Source: a virus
Virus record (IMG/VR): IMGVR_UViG_3300045988_136686
Span: 1-64,000 of that record
Length of the DNA: 64,000 nt
Strand: one strand, 5' to 3'
Part shown: positions 41,661 to 50,395 of the stretch, in pieces
Layout of the letters: every line of letters starts with the position of its first letter
Position numbering within the stretch: position 1 is the stretch's first letter
Program-made: the position numbers and the translations under genes
The notes under the pieces: model-generated
What the model saw: the letters and a program-made list of their open reading frames with translations, nothing else
Told to the model about the DNA's origin: nothing
The model's database searches: none

Positions 41661-42755
41661 ATGGACTTTAAAGATTCAATACAACAACTATCTGAAAGAA
41701 TAGCCAAACAACAAGATGCTATTGTAACGGAAGAGGGAACAAAAAATGCATTCATTATGCCGATGATTGCAGCACTCGGATATGACATATTTAATCCATT
41801 TGAAGTCGTTCCAGAATTAGACTGCGACCTCATCAAGAAAAAAGGAGAAAAGATAGACTATGCCATAATGAAAGAAGAAAATCCTATACTCCTTATAGAA
41901 TGCAAGCATTGTAAACAAGACCTCAACTTACACGATACACAATTACAGAAATATTTCGTGGCTTCAAAAGCCAGATTCGGAGTACTTACAAACGGTATAG
42001 AATATAGATTCTATACAGATCTTGACAAGCCCAATATTATGGACGAGAAACCTTTCTTGGTTGTAAATATGTTGGCGCTTACGGATGCCGATGTGGAACA
42101 ATTAAAGAAATTCAGTAAATCATATTATAATGAGGAGGAAATTTTAAGTACCGCCAACGAATTAAAATATGCTATTTCGATAAAGTCTATATTAAACAAT
42201 GAGTTTAAGCAACCGTCACCCGATTTTGTTCGATTGCTTGCCAAACAGGCATACGACGGGCAAATTACACAGAAAATAATAGAGCAATTCACACCTATTA
42301 TAAAACGATCTGTTCAAAGTATTATAAATGACACAATTTCAGACAGGCTGAATGTCGCCATTAAGACGAATGACGACAAAACAAAACAGGAAGAAGATAG
42401 TACACAAAATGCAAAAGAAGAACTTCCTGATGGTGTTGTGTTCAGTGACAGAGATTCAGGAATTGTTACTACACAAGAGGAGATAGATGCTTATAATATT
42501 ATAAGAAGCATATTGAGAAAAAGTATAGATGCGCAAAGAATAACTTATAAAGACAACAAGACATACTTTGTTGTAAACATAGATAACGGCTATTGGTGGA
42601 TATGCAGATTCTATTTCGGTAGTCGAAAAAAGCAAATATGTTTTCCTACGGACAATTACAAATCAAAAGAAATGTTCGAAATAGAAACGATAGATGACAT
42701 CTTCAACTATGAAGATAAACTAATTGAATCATTGAAAATGGCTTTAAGAGAATAA
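41661..42755 (+). CDS. HsdR-N-terminal-type (PD-(D/E)xK) nuclease-domain protein
   Basis: EEGTKNAFIMPMIAALGY, KIDYAIM, LLIECKH and GVLTNGIEYRFY match the type I restriction HsdR N-terminal domain pattern. The C-terminal ~160 aa are unassigned. Confidence 0.5.
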   Translation: MDFKDSIQQLSERIAKQQDAIVTEEGTKNAFIMPMIAALGYDIFNPFEVVPELDCDLIKKKGEKIDYAIMKEENPILLIECKHCKQDLNLHDTQLQKYFVASKARFGVLTNGIEYRFYTDLDKPNIMDEKPFLVVNMLALTDADVEQLKKFSKSYYNEEEILSTANELKYAISIKSILNNEFKQPSPDFVRLLAKQAYDGQITQKIIEQFTPIIKRSVQSIINDTISDRLNVAIKTNDDKTKQEEDSTQNAKEELPDGVVFSDRDSGIVTTQEEIDAYNIIRSILRKSIDAQRITYKDNKTYFVVNIDNGYWWICRFYFGSRKKQICFPTDNYKSKEMFEIETIDDIFNYEDKLIESLKMALRE

Positions 42756-42779
42756 TTAATTTATTAAAATTATCAAGTT

Positions 42780-43283
42780 ATGAAAAATCTTACATTACTC
42801 TTATTCAACATCTTACTATTAGCTTTTACCTCTTGCACACAGACAAATGAAGACAAAGCTCGCAGTTTAATAGAAGATCAACTTAAAAAAACAATGAATG
42901 ATTGGAGCAGCTACGAATTTGTAGAGATGACACCCCTCGATAGCTCTTTCAGCGTACTATCAGACAACGAAGAATATTATAATCTTGGATTGAAGTTAAA
43001 AGTTTTAGACGCAAAATCAAATTACTTTATTTCAAATGTTAGTTCCGATTACCGAAACATGGACATGTGGACAGATAGTGCGAAACAGGTAATTGCAGAG
43101 ATGGAATCAGTAAACAAAAGAATGGACGAAATTCAATCATCATTTGTCCCAGAACATAATGGCTGGTGGACTAATTTCACTTGTAGAGGAAATAACAAAT
43201 TAGGTCAAAAGGTTATATCAAAGACACGTTATTATTTTAACAAGGAAATTACGGAAATAACAGATACTAAAAAGGTTGAATAG
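42780..43283 (+). CDS. lipoprotein (moron candidate)
   Basis: Signal peptide plus lipobox: MKNLTLLLFNILLLAFTSC. Confidence 0.6.
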   Translation: MKNLTLLLFNILLLAFTSCTQTNEDKARSLIEDQLKKTMNDWSSYEFVEMTPLDSSFSVLSDNEEYYNLGLKLKVLDAKSNYFISNVSSDYRNMDMWTDSAKQVIAEMESVNKRMDEIQSSFVPEHNGWWTNFTCRGNNKLGQKVISKTRYYFNKEITEITDTKKVE

Positions 43284-43407
43284 TTGTGTCCAAATTTAGA
43301 TAAGTCATGAAGAAGATAGTTGAGAAATAGTGACGGAAAAGAAATAGGTATGCTTTTTAGTTGCTATGCTTTTAAATACATAAAATAGTATTTATTCGCT
43401 ATAATAC

Positions 43408-44730
43408 TCACTCTATCTCTTTCAACACATCTAACTTGATTTCATCATCTATGTCACGATAACGGGCAAATGCCTTGCTGCCCTCTACATGACCGCTCAT
43501 AGACCCGATAATATTCGGGTCTTTTACTTTTTTATAAATATTCCCGATAAATGTACGACGTGCGAGGTGCGAGCTGGCAATCTCATATATAGGCTTTTGC
43601 TCCTCTTTCTGCGTTACCGGATTTATTACGGTGACTTTTCTGTCGATGCCCGCCATTCTTAAAATCTTCTTGATGGAATCATTGTATTTTTGCTCAGAGA
43701 TAAAGGGGAAAAGTGTACGTCCTCCATATTCCTTGTACTTTTCCAATATTTCAATCGCTTTTTTAGTCAAAGGCACACGAGCATATTCCTGATTATCCCC
43801 TTTCGTTTTTGTCGGAACATATTCAATAGCCCCGTCATTGATGTTTTCACGAGTTAACCTGTACAAATCACTTACTCTACAACCAATCATACATTGAAAG
43901 ACAAATATATCACGCTGTATGGCAAGAAAAGGATTGTTCGGCATTGGAAAATTGTACACCCTGTCACGCTCTTCTAAGGTAAGGAAATAAGGCCTCCCAT
44001 ATATTTGCTCCTTTATGGAATAATTTGCAAAAGGGTTGGTCGTTGTCTCCCCCATTCTCACTGCCCAAATATAGAACACCCTTAACTTCGTCATCATGTT
44101 AGCAATAGTATTTCTACCTCTCGGCGATAACTTCTTGACTCCCTCATATAACGACGGGTATAATTCTGCTAATCTATACTCGTTTTTTAGATAATCTTCG
44201 AAATTAGACAAGTCAAATGCAGATATTTCGAGGCTCCACCTGAATTTTCCTCCATTAAAAATTTCGTAATTTTCATACCGGATCATTATCCGCTTTAAAA
44301 CATCATAATGTTCCTCTCGCTTCTCATCGTATTGTTTATAGATTAGGAATTTGTCAAATATATCGAAGAAATCATCATTAACAGGTGTTTCACCATTCAC
44401 TCTACGCTGCATGGCATCACGCAACCATTCGCTCGTTGGCTGGTAGTCGTCTCCTCTTTCCTCCCATGTCCGAAGTATAAGAGACTTTAATTCACTCACT
44501 TTTTCGTTGAAAATTCGTCTCTCTTTATCCGGGTACAATGCCCTCGATTTTATTTCTTCTCTCTTGTTGTCGAAAAGATCTACGTTTATCTGTAAATCGC
44601 TTACATAATATAATAATTTTGCCACCGGAGTAGATAGTCGGAAACGTACATTTACTATGTTATTTTTTTTGCTGGAACGAACGTATGCTTTAACGGTTGC
44701 CATAATTCCATTGCATTTTGTTTTGTGCAA
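43408..44730 (-). CDS. int: tyrosine integrase (likely start MATVKAY at 44703)
   Basis: Catalytic-domain blocks IGCRVSDL, SSHLARRTF and GHVEGSKAFARY (R...HxxR...H...Y). Confidence 0.85.
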   Translation of the reverse strand: MHKTKCNGIMATVKAYVRSSKKNNIVNVRFRLSTPVAKLLYYVSDLQINVDLFDNKREEIKSRALYPDKERRIFNEKVSELKSLILRTWEERGDDYQPTSEWLRDAMQRRVNGETPVNDDFFDIFDKFLIYKQYDEKREEHYDVLKRIMIRYENYEIFNGGKFRWSLEISAFDLSNFEDYLKNEYRLAELYPSLYEGVKKLSPRGRNTIANMMTKLRVFYIWAVRMGETTTNPFANYSIKEQIYGRPYFLTLEERDRVYNFPMPNNPFLAIQRDIFVFQCMIGCRVSDLYRLTRENINDGAIEYVPTKTKGDNQEYARVPLTKKAIEILEKYKEYGGRTLFPFISEQKYNDSIKKILRMAGIDRKVTVINPVTQKEEQKPIYEIASSHLARRTFIGNIYKKVKDPNIIGSMSGHVEGSKAFARYRDIDDEIKLDVLKEIE

Positions 44731-44978
44731 AGTAAGTAATTATTTGCACAAATGAAGCACAAATTAAACTCAAAATATGTGTTAAATCACACTATTAAAC
44801 ATACAACGAACCTAAATATAACAGCCAAAAGCCCGTATTTATCGGGATATAAAGCAAAATGAATGTTAAAACGCTTTTTACGTTCAACTCCCCCTCCTTC
44901 CGCAAATGAAAAGCGTAACATTTTGTATAATACAGTGTTACGCTTTTAACATTTTAAATATGCACAATATTTGCACAA
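44723..44978. other. candidate attP region (tRNA 3'-end-like core 44882..44904 flanked by TGCACAA arm-type repeats)
   Basis: The core GTTCAACTCCCCCTCCTTCCGCA fits tRNA positions 53-73 exactly (T-loop 7 nt, T-stem 5 nt, acceptor 7 nt, discriminator G). Repeats: TTGTGCAAA/TTTGCACAA inverted pair at 44722..44751, GCACAA at 44757..44762, and TGCACAA at 44961 and 44972. Confidence 0.45.
44911..44945. terminator. hairpin terminator between the XRE operon and attP/integrase
   Basis: AAGCGTAACA-15 nt-TGTTACGCTT (10-bp perfect stem) with an A-tract before and a T-tract after. Confidence 0.5.
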
Positions 44979-44994
44979 GATATTATAATCCTAT

Positions 44995-45192
44995 TTACTC
45001 TTTCTCTTCCAAAGTTACATCAATTCCTACGATATCACAATATTTAAGGAAGTTGTTCAAGTTGACATTCTTCCCACTTTCAATGGCAATGACTGTTCCA
45101 AAGTTCATACCCTGTTTCCAGATATTATATTGGGACAGCCCCTTTTCTTCGCGAATCTTACGCACTTGTTTCGATAATTCTTCTATTGTCAT
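44995..45192 (-). CDS. XRE-family HTH protein
   Basis: ELSKQVRKIREEKGLSQYNIWKQGMNFGTVIAIESGKN. ATGA overlap with the upstream ORF. Confidence 0.65.
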   Translation of the reverse strand: MTIEELSKQVRKIREEKGLSQYNIWKQGMNFGTVIAIESGKNVNLNNFLKYCDIVGIDVTLEEKE

Positions 45193-45656
45193 ACTCCTAT
45201 TAATTCCTTCTTTATCGCCTCTAAAAATGCGATAGATGTTAATACCGTATTCCTATAATTATAATCACTACCTGCTGCAATTGCATTCTTACGACCGTCT
45301 AAAATCAGCGTATCAATGAACAACACCATTTGCCGAACCGTAATATTGCCGATGTCTGCCGAGAATGTCGATAGCGATGTATAATACTTCATAGCCTGTT
45401 TTAAAAGCCCCCGTATTTTAGTCTTATCAGGATTTTTACCGGTAATACGCTTAATGCTGATCTTCGCGGAGAGATTCGACCCTGACAATCCGGGCTCTAT
45501 GCGGTAATCTTCTCCGACTTCCTAAACAATACCGTCCATATACTCGACTTTGGCGATGAATCCATTGTCTATGTCCGAACAGTATATGAAGTCGACTTCT
45601 CCGAACTTGTGCGCCCGGTTATGGTCTACAATGAATAATGGAAATTCCCTTTTCAT
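45189..45656 (-). CDS. ORF interrupted by a single in-frame TAG (45524..45522). It may be a pseudogene, two small genes, or a readthrough product.
   Basis: ATG at 45656 lies 4 nt after the upstream stop. Translation is MKREFPLFIVDHNRAHKFGEVDFIYCSDIDNGFIAKVEYMDGIV-TAG-EVGEDYRIEPG, then the track ORF 45189..45488, which begins at a TTG in the same frame. Confidence 0.4.
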
Positions 45657-45660
45657 AATT

Positions 45661-46110
45661 TTATAGAATGGTTACAAATTCTTCTCCGATATTGAAATTA
45701 CGGTTATACTTCCATGTGCTATTGTCGTTTTTCCTTTTTGCTAATTGAATTTCAACCGTCATATCGTTGTTTATTAGAAATGTTGCCGACCATTGTGATT
45801 GGGTAGACGGATAATCGTAACCCAATATTCGCTTGTATTCGTCCTCCGTAATTTCGTTTTCAAACCAGACTGTTTTGCCAGATTCAGAAGATATACGATT
45901 TAACGACAATAAAACACCTTTAATCTCAATATTCAGCCCGTCAGGATTTTCTTCTATCACACGCCGTGCTATTTCTGTGCGTTCTTCTTTGTTTGTTCCT
46001 GCAAACCCGTTATGAGAGGTAGATTTATTGGCATTGTCATACTTGGCATTCGTTTCGTCGATTATCACATCTTTACGACCACTGATTAAGTACTTAATTT
46101 GAGTTTTCAT
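45661..46110 (-). CDS. hypothetical protein
   Basis: 149-aa ORF. No motif. Confidence 0.5.
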   Translation of the reverse strand: MKTQIKYLISGRKDVIIDETNAKYDNANKSTSHNGFAGTNKEERTEIARRVIEENPDGLNIEIKGVLLSLNRISSESGKTVWFENEITEDEYKRILGYDYPSTQSQWSATFLINNDMTVEIQLAKRKNDNSTWKYNRNFNIGEEFVTIL

Positions 46111-46282
46111 ATCGTTTTTTTTAATTGGTTACTGTTTGTTTTTGATTACATGGTAAAGATACTACATTTTATTGTATATACAAAATATTATAGTATAAAT
46201 GTTTTATGATTTATCAATATTTAACAAAACGAATGATGTGGAAGATTTTCCGCAAAAATGATTGACATGGAATTAAACACGA

Positions 46283-46307
46283 ATGCCGGAGCTTCTCACC
46301 CCGGCAT
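46283..46307 (-). terminator. terminator-like hairpin
   Basis: ATGCCGG-11 nt-CCGGCAT, about 60 nt after the stop of 46368..46814. Weak T-tract. Confidence 0.35.
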
Positions 46308-46367
46308 TTCCCTGTTCATCATTTGCATTTCCGAATATTCCTTTGAAATTTTCTGCTTATAACGCTT

Positions 46368-46814
46368 TCATTCTGCTATAAATAATTCTTTAAGCTCAAC
46401 TAAGTCTCCCGATGTAATACGAATATACCCCATATTTCCAAATACCAAATTAGTCAGGAGATTATTTGGTATTTCTATTTTCATAGCCCCGGAGCCAAGA
46501 TTACCTTTAAGAATACCCAGATTAAATTCTCTTTCTTCCATAGAATTGAACATTTCAATGAAATCATCGAATAGCATATTAACATCTATGTTCCCATTTT
46601 CGTCGCAAATAAATAAAGATAATCCATCGATAAGTTCGTTAATCTTTTTGTCTTCTTTCAACAAATAATTTTTTGCTCCACGTTTGAGGTATGTGGATAC
46701 AGTTTTTAATTGGGGATTATTTCGTGTAAAATCATCGATCCTATCATCTATCCATGTATGAGCAGCCTTATTAAACTTTGTTTTTACAGCTTCCAGTTTT
46801 TCTTTCAGTTCCAT
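46368..46814 (-). CDS. hypothetical protein
   Basis: 148-aa ORF with stop/start abutting the upstream gene. Confidence 0.5.
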   Translation of the reverse strand: MELKEKLEAVKTKFNKAAHTWIDDRIDDFTRNNPQLKTVSTYLKRGAKNYLLKEDKKINELIDGLSLFICDENGNIDVNMLFDDFIEMFNSMEEREFNLGILKGNLGSGAMKIEIPNNLLTNLVFGNMGYIRITSGDLVELKELFIAE

Positions 46815-47293
46815 TATTTCTTAGATTTAGACGATGTTTTTCTTTGTTTCATATCCATAAATTCATTCCAGCTCATGTCGCTGTACTGAGTAATATATTC
46901 GTTCATCAAGGCGTCCTTTTTATCCGCTTCGTCCTTAACAGTTTTCTTCAATCGTTTGGTGAGGGTAAGGTGTTTGTCCAACGCATCTTTCCCGTCCTTT
47001 GTCCCTTCGACTATCGGTCTCATAATCCGCATATACTCCCGGTTGAGAATACTCTGAATTTCCATGCTGCTTTGCTGAAATTCTTCATTCTCTTGCATAA
47101 ACCTAAACTCCTTTTCGGTCAAGGAGTCCATAATCCTGTCTATTTCGTCCCACACGGGAGAAGAAGTCGTTTGCGCAGATTGCCGATAGTTTCTTTTCAT
47201 TTCAGCAATTTTTTGTTGCATGGCTTCCTGTTCTCTCTCCAATTCGGGGATAGAAAAGTTCCTGTCGTTTAATAAAGGGTCTGTAAAATTCAT
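46814..47293 (-). CDS. hypothetical coiled-coil protein
   Basis: 159-aa charged, helical-looking ORF. Confidence 0.5.
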   Translation of the reverse strand: MNFTDPLLNDRNFSIPELEREQEAMQQKIAEMKRNYRQSAQTTSSPVWDEIDRIMDSLTEKEFRFMQENEEFQQSSMEIQSILNREYMRIMRPIVEGTKDGKDALDKHLTLTKRLKKTVKDEADKKDALMNEYITQYSDMSWNEFMDMKQRKTSSKSKK

Positions 47294-47391
47294 AATTATT
47301 CGTGTTAGTGGTTAGTAATCGGTAATGAAAGTGGTATCGCCCCCGAAGGGGCTCTACCACTAACGCTTTTTCTTGCGTTTCTTTTCGGCCT

Positions 47392-48093
47392 TTATGCCGT
47401 CGGAGTTTCCGACGCTGCTCTTTGGCAGTTGCAACCGAAAGGGTTTGCACCCTCCAAAACAGTTACGGTAGGAGTAGAAGGAAGACCTACAACGCCATAG
47501 ATAGCTCGGCAAGTCTTGCGATCCGTGTAATTGATGGAGGCTGTGAAGGCACGATCGATTTCGCACTGAATCAATCTGTCTTGATACGGGCGGGTGGCTT
47601 CCAAAACAGCTACCTTCTTGTCCAGTTCATTGAATTTGTTGGCGTATCGCTCGTTCAATACATCGTATAAATCTCGGCTTGTCTTGTAAAGCCCGAAATC
47701 TGCATCGATTTGCGACTTATACAACTGGAATTTTTCAGCCACATCGGTTTCACGATGTGCATACATTTGGTCTTGCGTGTTGACTTTTAATCCCCAAATG
47801 GTATTGGTGAGAGCAATTGCATCCTCGCATTCTTTTTCCCATGCTTGAAATGCGGTGGGAGCGACAGCACTTGAACCTCCCCAGCCACCAGTCGTCGTGT
47901 TGATGTTTACGTTCTCAGGCATGGAACCGCCACCGAAAATCCCGTTACGTCTTCCCCAAAGTGCACCTGCGCCAAGAGCTGTACCAACGATTCCCAATGC
48001 TAAACCGGCATTACCTACACCCTTAGAGGCATACTCTTTCTTTCCTTCTTCGTAGACTTTCTTTTCTACGATTTCTCTGTTAATTCCTTCCAT
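47392..48093 (-). CDS. Gly-rich membrane-associated protein
   Basis: GVGNAGLALGIVGTALGAGALWG hydrophobic Gly-zipper segment, then GGWGGSS. Confidence 0.5.
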   Translation of the reverse strand: MEGINREIVEKKVYEEGKKEYASKGVGNAGLALGIVGTALGAGALWGRRNGIFGGGSMPENVNINTTTGGWGGSSAVAPTAFQAWEKECEDAIALTNTIWGLKVNTQDQMYAHRETDVAEKFQLYKSQIDADFGLYKTSRDLYDVLNERYANKFNELDKKVAVLEATRPYQDRLIQCEIDRAFTASINYTDRKTCRAIYGVVGLPSTPTVTVLEGANPFGCNCQRAASETPTA

Positions 48094-48163
48094 ATGTTTT
48101 TATTTTTTTAGTTATACCGAAAGAACATCTTCCGGTGTGTCAAACATACGGTCATAACAGTTG

Positions 48164-48463
48164 CTATCTATGAATTTCAGTTGCTATGCGTTTGCTAATT
48201 AGTTGATTGTTCTTTAATAGAATGTAACTTTGTGAAATCCTGTGTGATAACGTGTTTTTCAACTTATTCACTCCTTGTCGTGTCATAGACAAGTAAGACG
48301 CTATATTTTCTTCCGTAAATCCGAGCGATACCAACGCACAGATGAGCAGGCAACGTGCGTCGACCGCATTTTTGTTCGCACCGTTAATCAATTCGCCGTA
48401 ACACAGCTCACATTCCTCGCAAACGATTTGCAAGACGTGTTCAAAGATTTCATTGGTTTTCAT
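48164..48463 (-). CDS. small HTH protein (DnaA-domain-IV-like), candidate transcription regulator
   Basis: VDARCLLICALVSLGFTEENIASYLSMTRQGVNKLKNTL. Weak similarity judged by eye. Confidence 0.35.
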   Translation of the reverse strand: MKTNEIFEHVLQIVCEECELCYGELINGANKNAVDARCLLICALVSLGFTEENIASYLSMTRQGVNKLKNTLSHRISQSYILLKNNQLISKRIATEIHR

Positions 48464-48656
48464 ATCTCTTGCATTTTTAAATATTTGTTAAATTATAGAT
48501 TGTTGACACAATAAAAAAACATCACGTTCCTGTTTAAAGGCTGTGAAAGCCTCGTAACATTCCCCGTGATGTTGTCTCTTGTTAGTTTTGGAAGAGCAGC
48601 AAGAGATTGAGGCTTTCCTTTATACTCCGAAGCCTCGGAAGGAGTCGTAAATCAAA

Positions 48657-49046
48657 TTATATCAAGAAACCCAGTCCTTTCAATTTTGTTATCCATTTCA
48701 TGATGTAAGGGACAAGCAGCAAGACAATGCCACCGAGAGCCCACCAGCACCATCGGGGAGTCTTGTACTTTACTACCTCGACGGGGTATGGTACTTGTAT
48801 GCTTTCCGTCTTGGATATATACAGCGTATCGGTTCTGTCCTTGAACCTATATATGTACTTGTATTGGAACTCCCGTATCGTGTCTCCCGATTTCTCGATG
48901 AAAACACTGTCCCGCATGTATATGGAATCGAGCTGCACACGATTCAGATACACCGTGTCGCTCTTTGTCGTTTCCACAGGAACATACACATGTCTGGTAC
49001 AACTCGTCGCAGCCAAAAACAACAATAGGAATACGATATGTCTCAT
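48657..49046 (-). CDS. unimolecular spanin candidate (track ORF trimmed to MRHIVF start)
   Basis: N-terminal lipobox MRHIVFLLLFLAATSC and C-terminal TM WCWWALGGIVLLLVPYIM. ATGA overlap with the endolysin stop. Confidence 0.5.
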   Translation of the reverse strand: MRHIVFLLLFLAATSCTRHVYVPVETTKSDTVYLNRVQLDSIYMRDSVFIEKSGDTIREFQYKYIYRFKDRTDTLYISKTESIQVPYPVEVVKYKTPRWCWWALGGIVLLLVPYIMKWITKLKGLGFLI

Positions 49047-49441
49047 AGGCTCAGTATTTGTTTCCGGTTCTTCGATGTCGACACATAAGACACGTGCACC
49101 CAACTGTAATTGCTCTCGTCAATCAACTGGTCGAAGGGAAGGTTATCCCGAATCAACTCGAACAGCTTCTTGTTCTCCGTCTTGCTCCCTGCCGTTATAT
49201 CCGCCGCCTCGCCCCTCATGTGCTGGCTCGTTTTCGCACCACCCACAGCGGCATTGAGTTTGGAACAACGATAGCCCGAATTGACGGTTATCGCCTTCCC
49301 GTACATCTCCCGCAGTGGGTCTAAAACATGGGTGACAAGGTTCGACAACTGGGCCGACACTTCGGTCGTCGGGGTATTGTCTATACCCAGTTTATCGGCC
49401 GTTGAACTCTTTGTGAGTTCTTTCATCGTGAAGTATTTCAT
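49043..49441 (-). CDS. endolysin, peptidase M15 family (zinc D,D- or L,D-peptidase type)
   Basis: VNSGYRCSKLNAAVGGAKTSQHMRGEAADI ... YSWVHVSY (H-x6-D ... H zinc ligands). Confidence 0.75.
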   Translation of the reverse strand: MKYFTMKELTKSSTADKLGIDNTPTTEVSAQLSNLVTHVLDPLREMYGKAITVNSGYRCSKLNAAVGGAKTSQHMRGEAADITAGSKTENKKLFELIRDNLPFDQLIDESNYSWVHVSYVSTSKNRKQILSL

Positions 49442-49761
49442 ATCTCGAAGATTAAGTTTTCCATGTTGTTAATTCTGTCCGGCTCAGATACGAGCAAATC
49501 CTCTTCCGGAAATTTTTCTTGAAATTCTTTCCATAACAGATACTCCATTTCCATGTATTCTTCACTGCCTCTTCTTATGCTTTCAGGAGAGACCTCCACG
49601 ATATGGAAGTTGGTCTGTATGTCGTAGGCATACCTGATACTTATTCCCGGTATTTTCGAGGCAATCGATTGAATCGTCTCGATGACAAAATCCTGTACAT
49701 TCTTATTCATGTCTTTCTTCATTTTTGGCGACAAAAAAAGCGGTGACTTTTTTAGAATCAC
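49438..49761 (-). CDS. hypothetical protein
   Basis: 107-aa ORF overlapping the endolysin start. No TM segment seen. Confidence 0.45.
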   Translation of the reverse strand: MILKKSPLFLSPKMKKDMNKNVQDFVIETIQSIASKIPGISIRYAYDIQTNFHIVEVSPESIRRGSEEYMEMEYLLWKEFQEKFPEEDLLVSEPDRINNMENLIFEI

Positions 49762-49847
49762 CGCTTGTAACGAATGTATGAGAGAGTAGCCTTAGGGTTA
49801 GGCTTATCCGTTATTGAAAATGGGACAAACGTAGGCCGAAGGCATTA

Positions 49848-50036
49848 TCAATCCTCTCTCCTCAATTCATCGAGCCATTGTACTGGGTCGACATCTTTTA
49901 GACGAGGATAAGCCTTTTCGATTAAAGAATTTAAATAACTTTCATCGAATTTTGGAGAATAATCAGCCGGTATCGGAGGTTTAGAATCCGTATCGGACGA
50001 GTTCTGGACATAGGGGAATGAACCTTTTGTATCCAT
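49848..50036 (-). CDS. hypothetical small protein (track ORF 49848..50231 trimmed to MDTKGS start)
   Basis: The trimmed start avoids overlap with the membrane-protein gene. Confidence 0.35.
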   Translation of the reverse strand: MDTKGSFPYVQNSSDTDSKPPIPADYSPKFDESYLNSLIEKAYPRLKDVDPVQWLDELRRED

Positions 50037-50047
50037 GTGAACAATGT

Positions 50048-50395
50048 TTATTTTTTTCGGTTCGGGAAAATACCCTTTAATACGATATTGGCTAAACCTA
50101 ATACATTGATAGTTGTCGTAGCCAGTAGAGATATCAATATTTCCGGTCCCAATGAAAATAATCCGATCCCGCAAAATACAAGAATGGCAATTACTATGAA
50201 TAACCATATGGGGATAATCCACATGACCCATCTGGCCAAATGTTTACGAAATTGTGTATCTTGTGAATATCGCTCCCGTATTTGTTCGGATAAATTCTTG
50301 TCGTCTATATCGCCCAAATTTGAGTCGGGAGAAATATGGACACCATTCTCACTACGTAAATCCAAGCCGCTAAAAGAATCTTTCTGTTTAGTCAT
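50048..50395 (-). CDS. membrane protein, candidate toxin partner of the Panacea-domain protein
   Basis: Hydrophobic stretch WVMWIIPIWLFIVIAILVFCGIGLFSLGPEILISLLATTTINVLGLANIVL (2-3 TM). ATGA-type 4-nt overlap with the upstream gene. Confidence 0.5.
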   Translation of the reverse strand: MTKQKDSFSGLDLRSENGVHISPDSNLGDIDDKNLSEQIRERYSQDTQFRKHLARWVMWIIPIWLFIVIAILVFCGIGLFSLGPEILISLLATTTINVLGLANIVLKGIFPNRKK

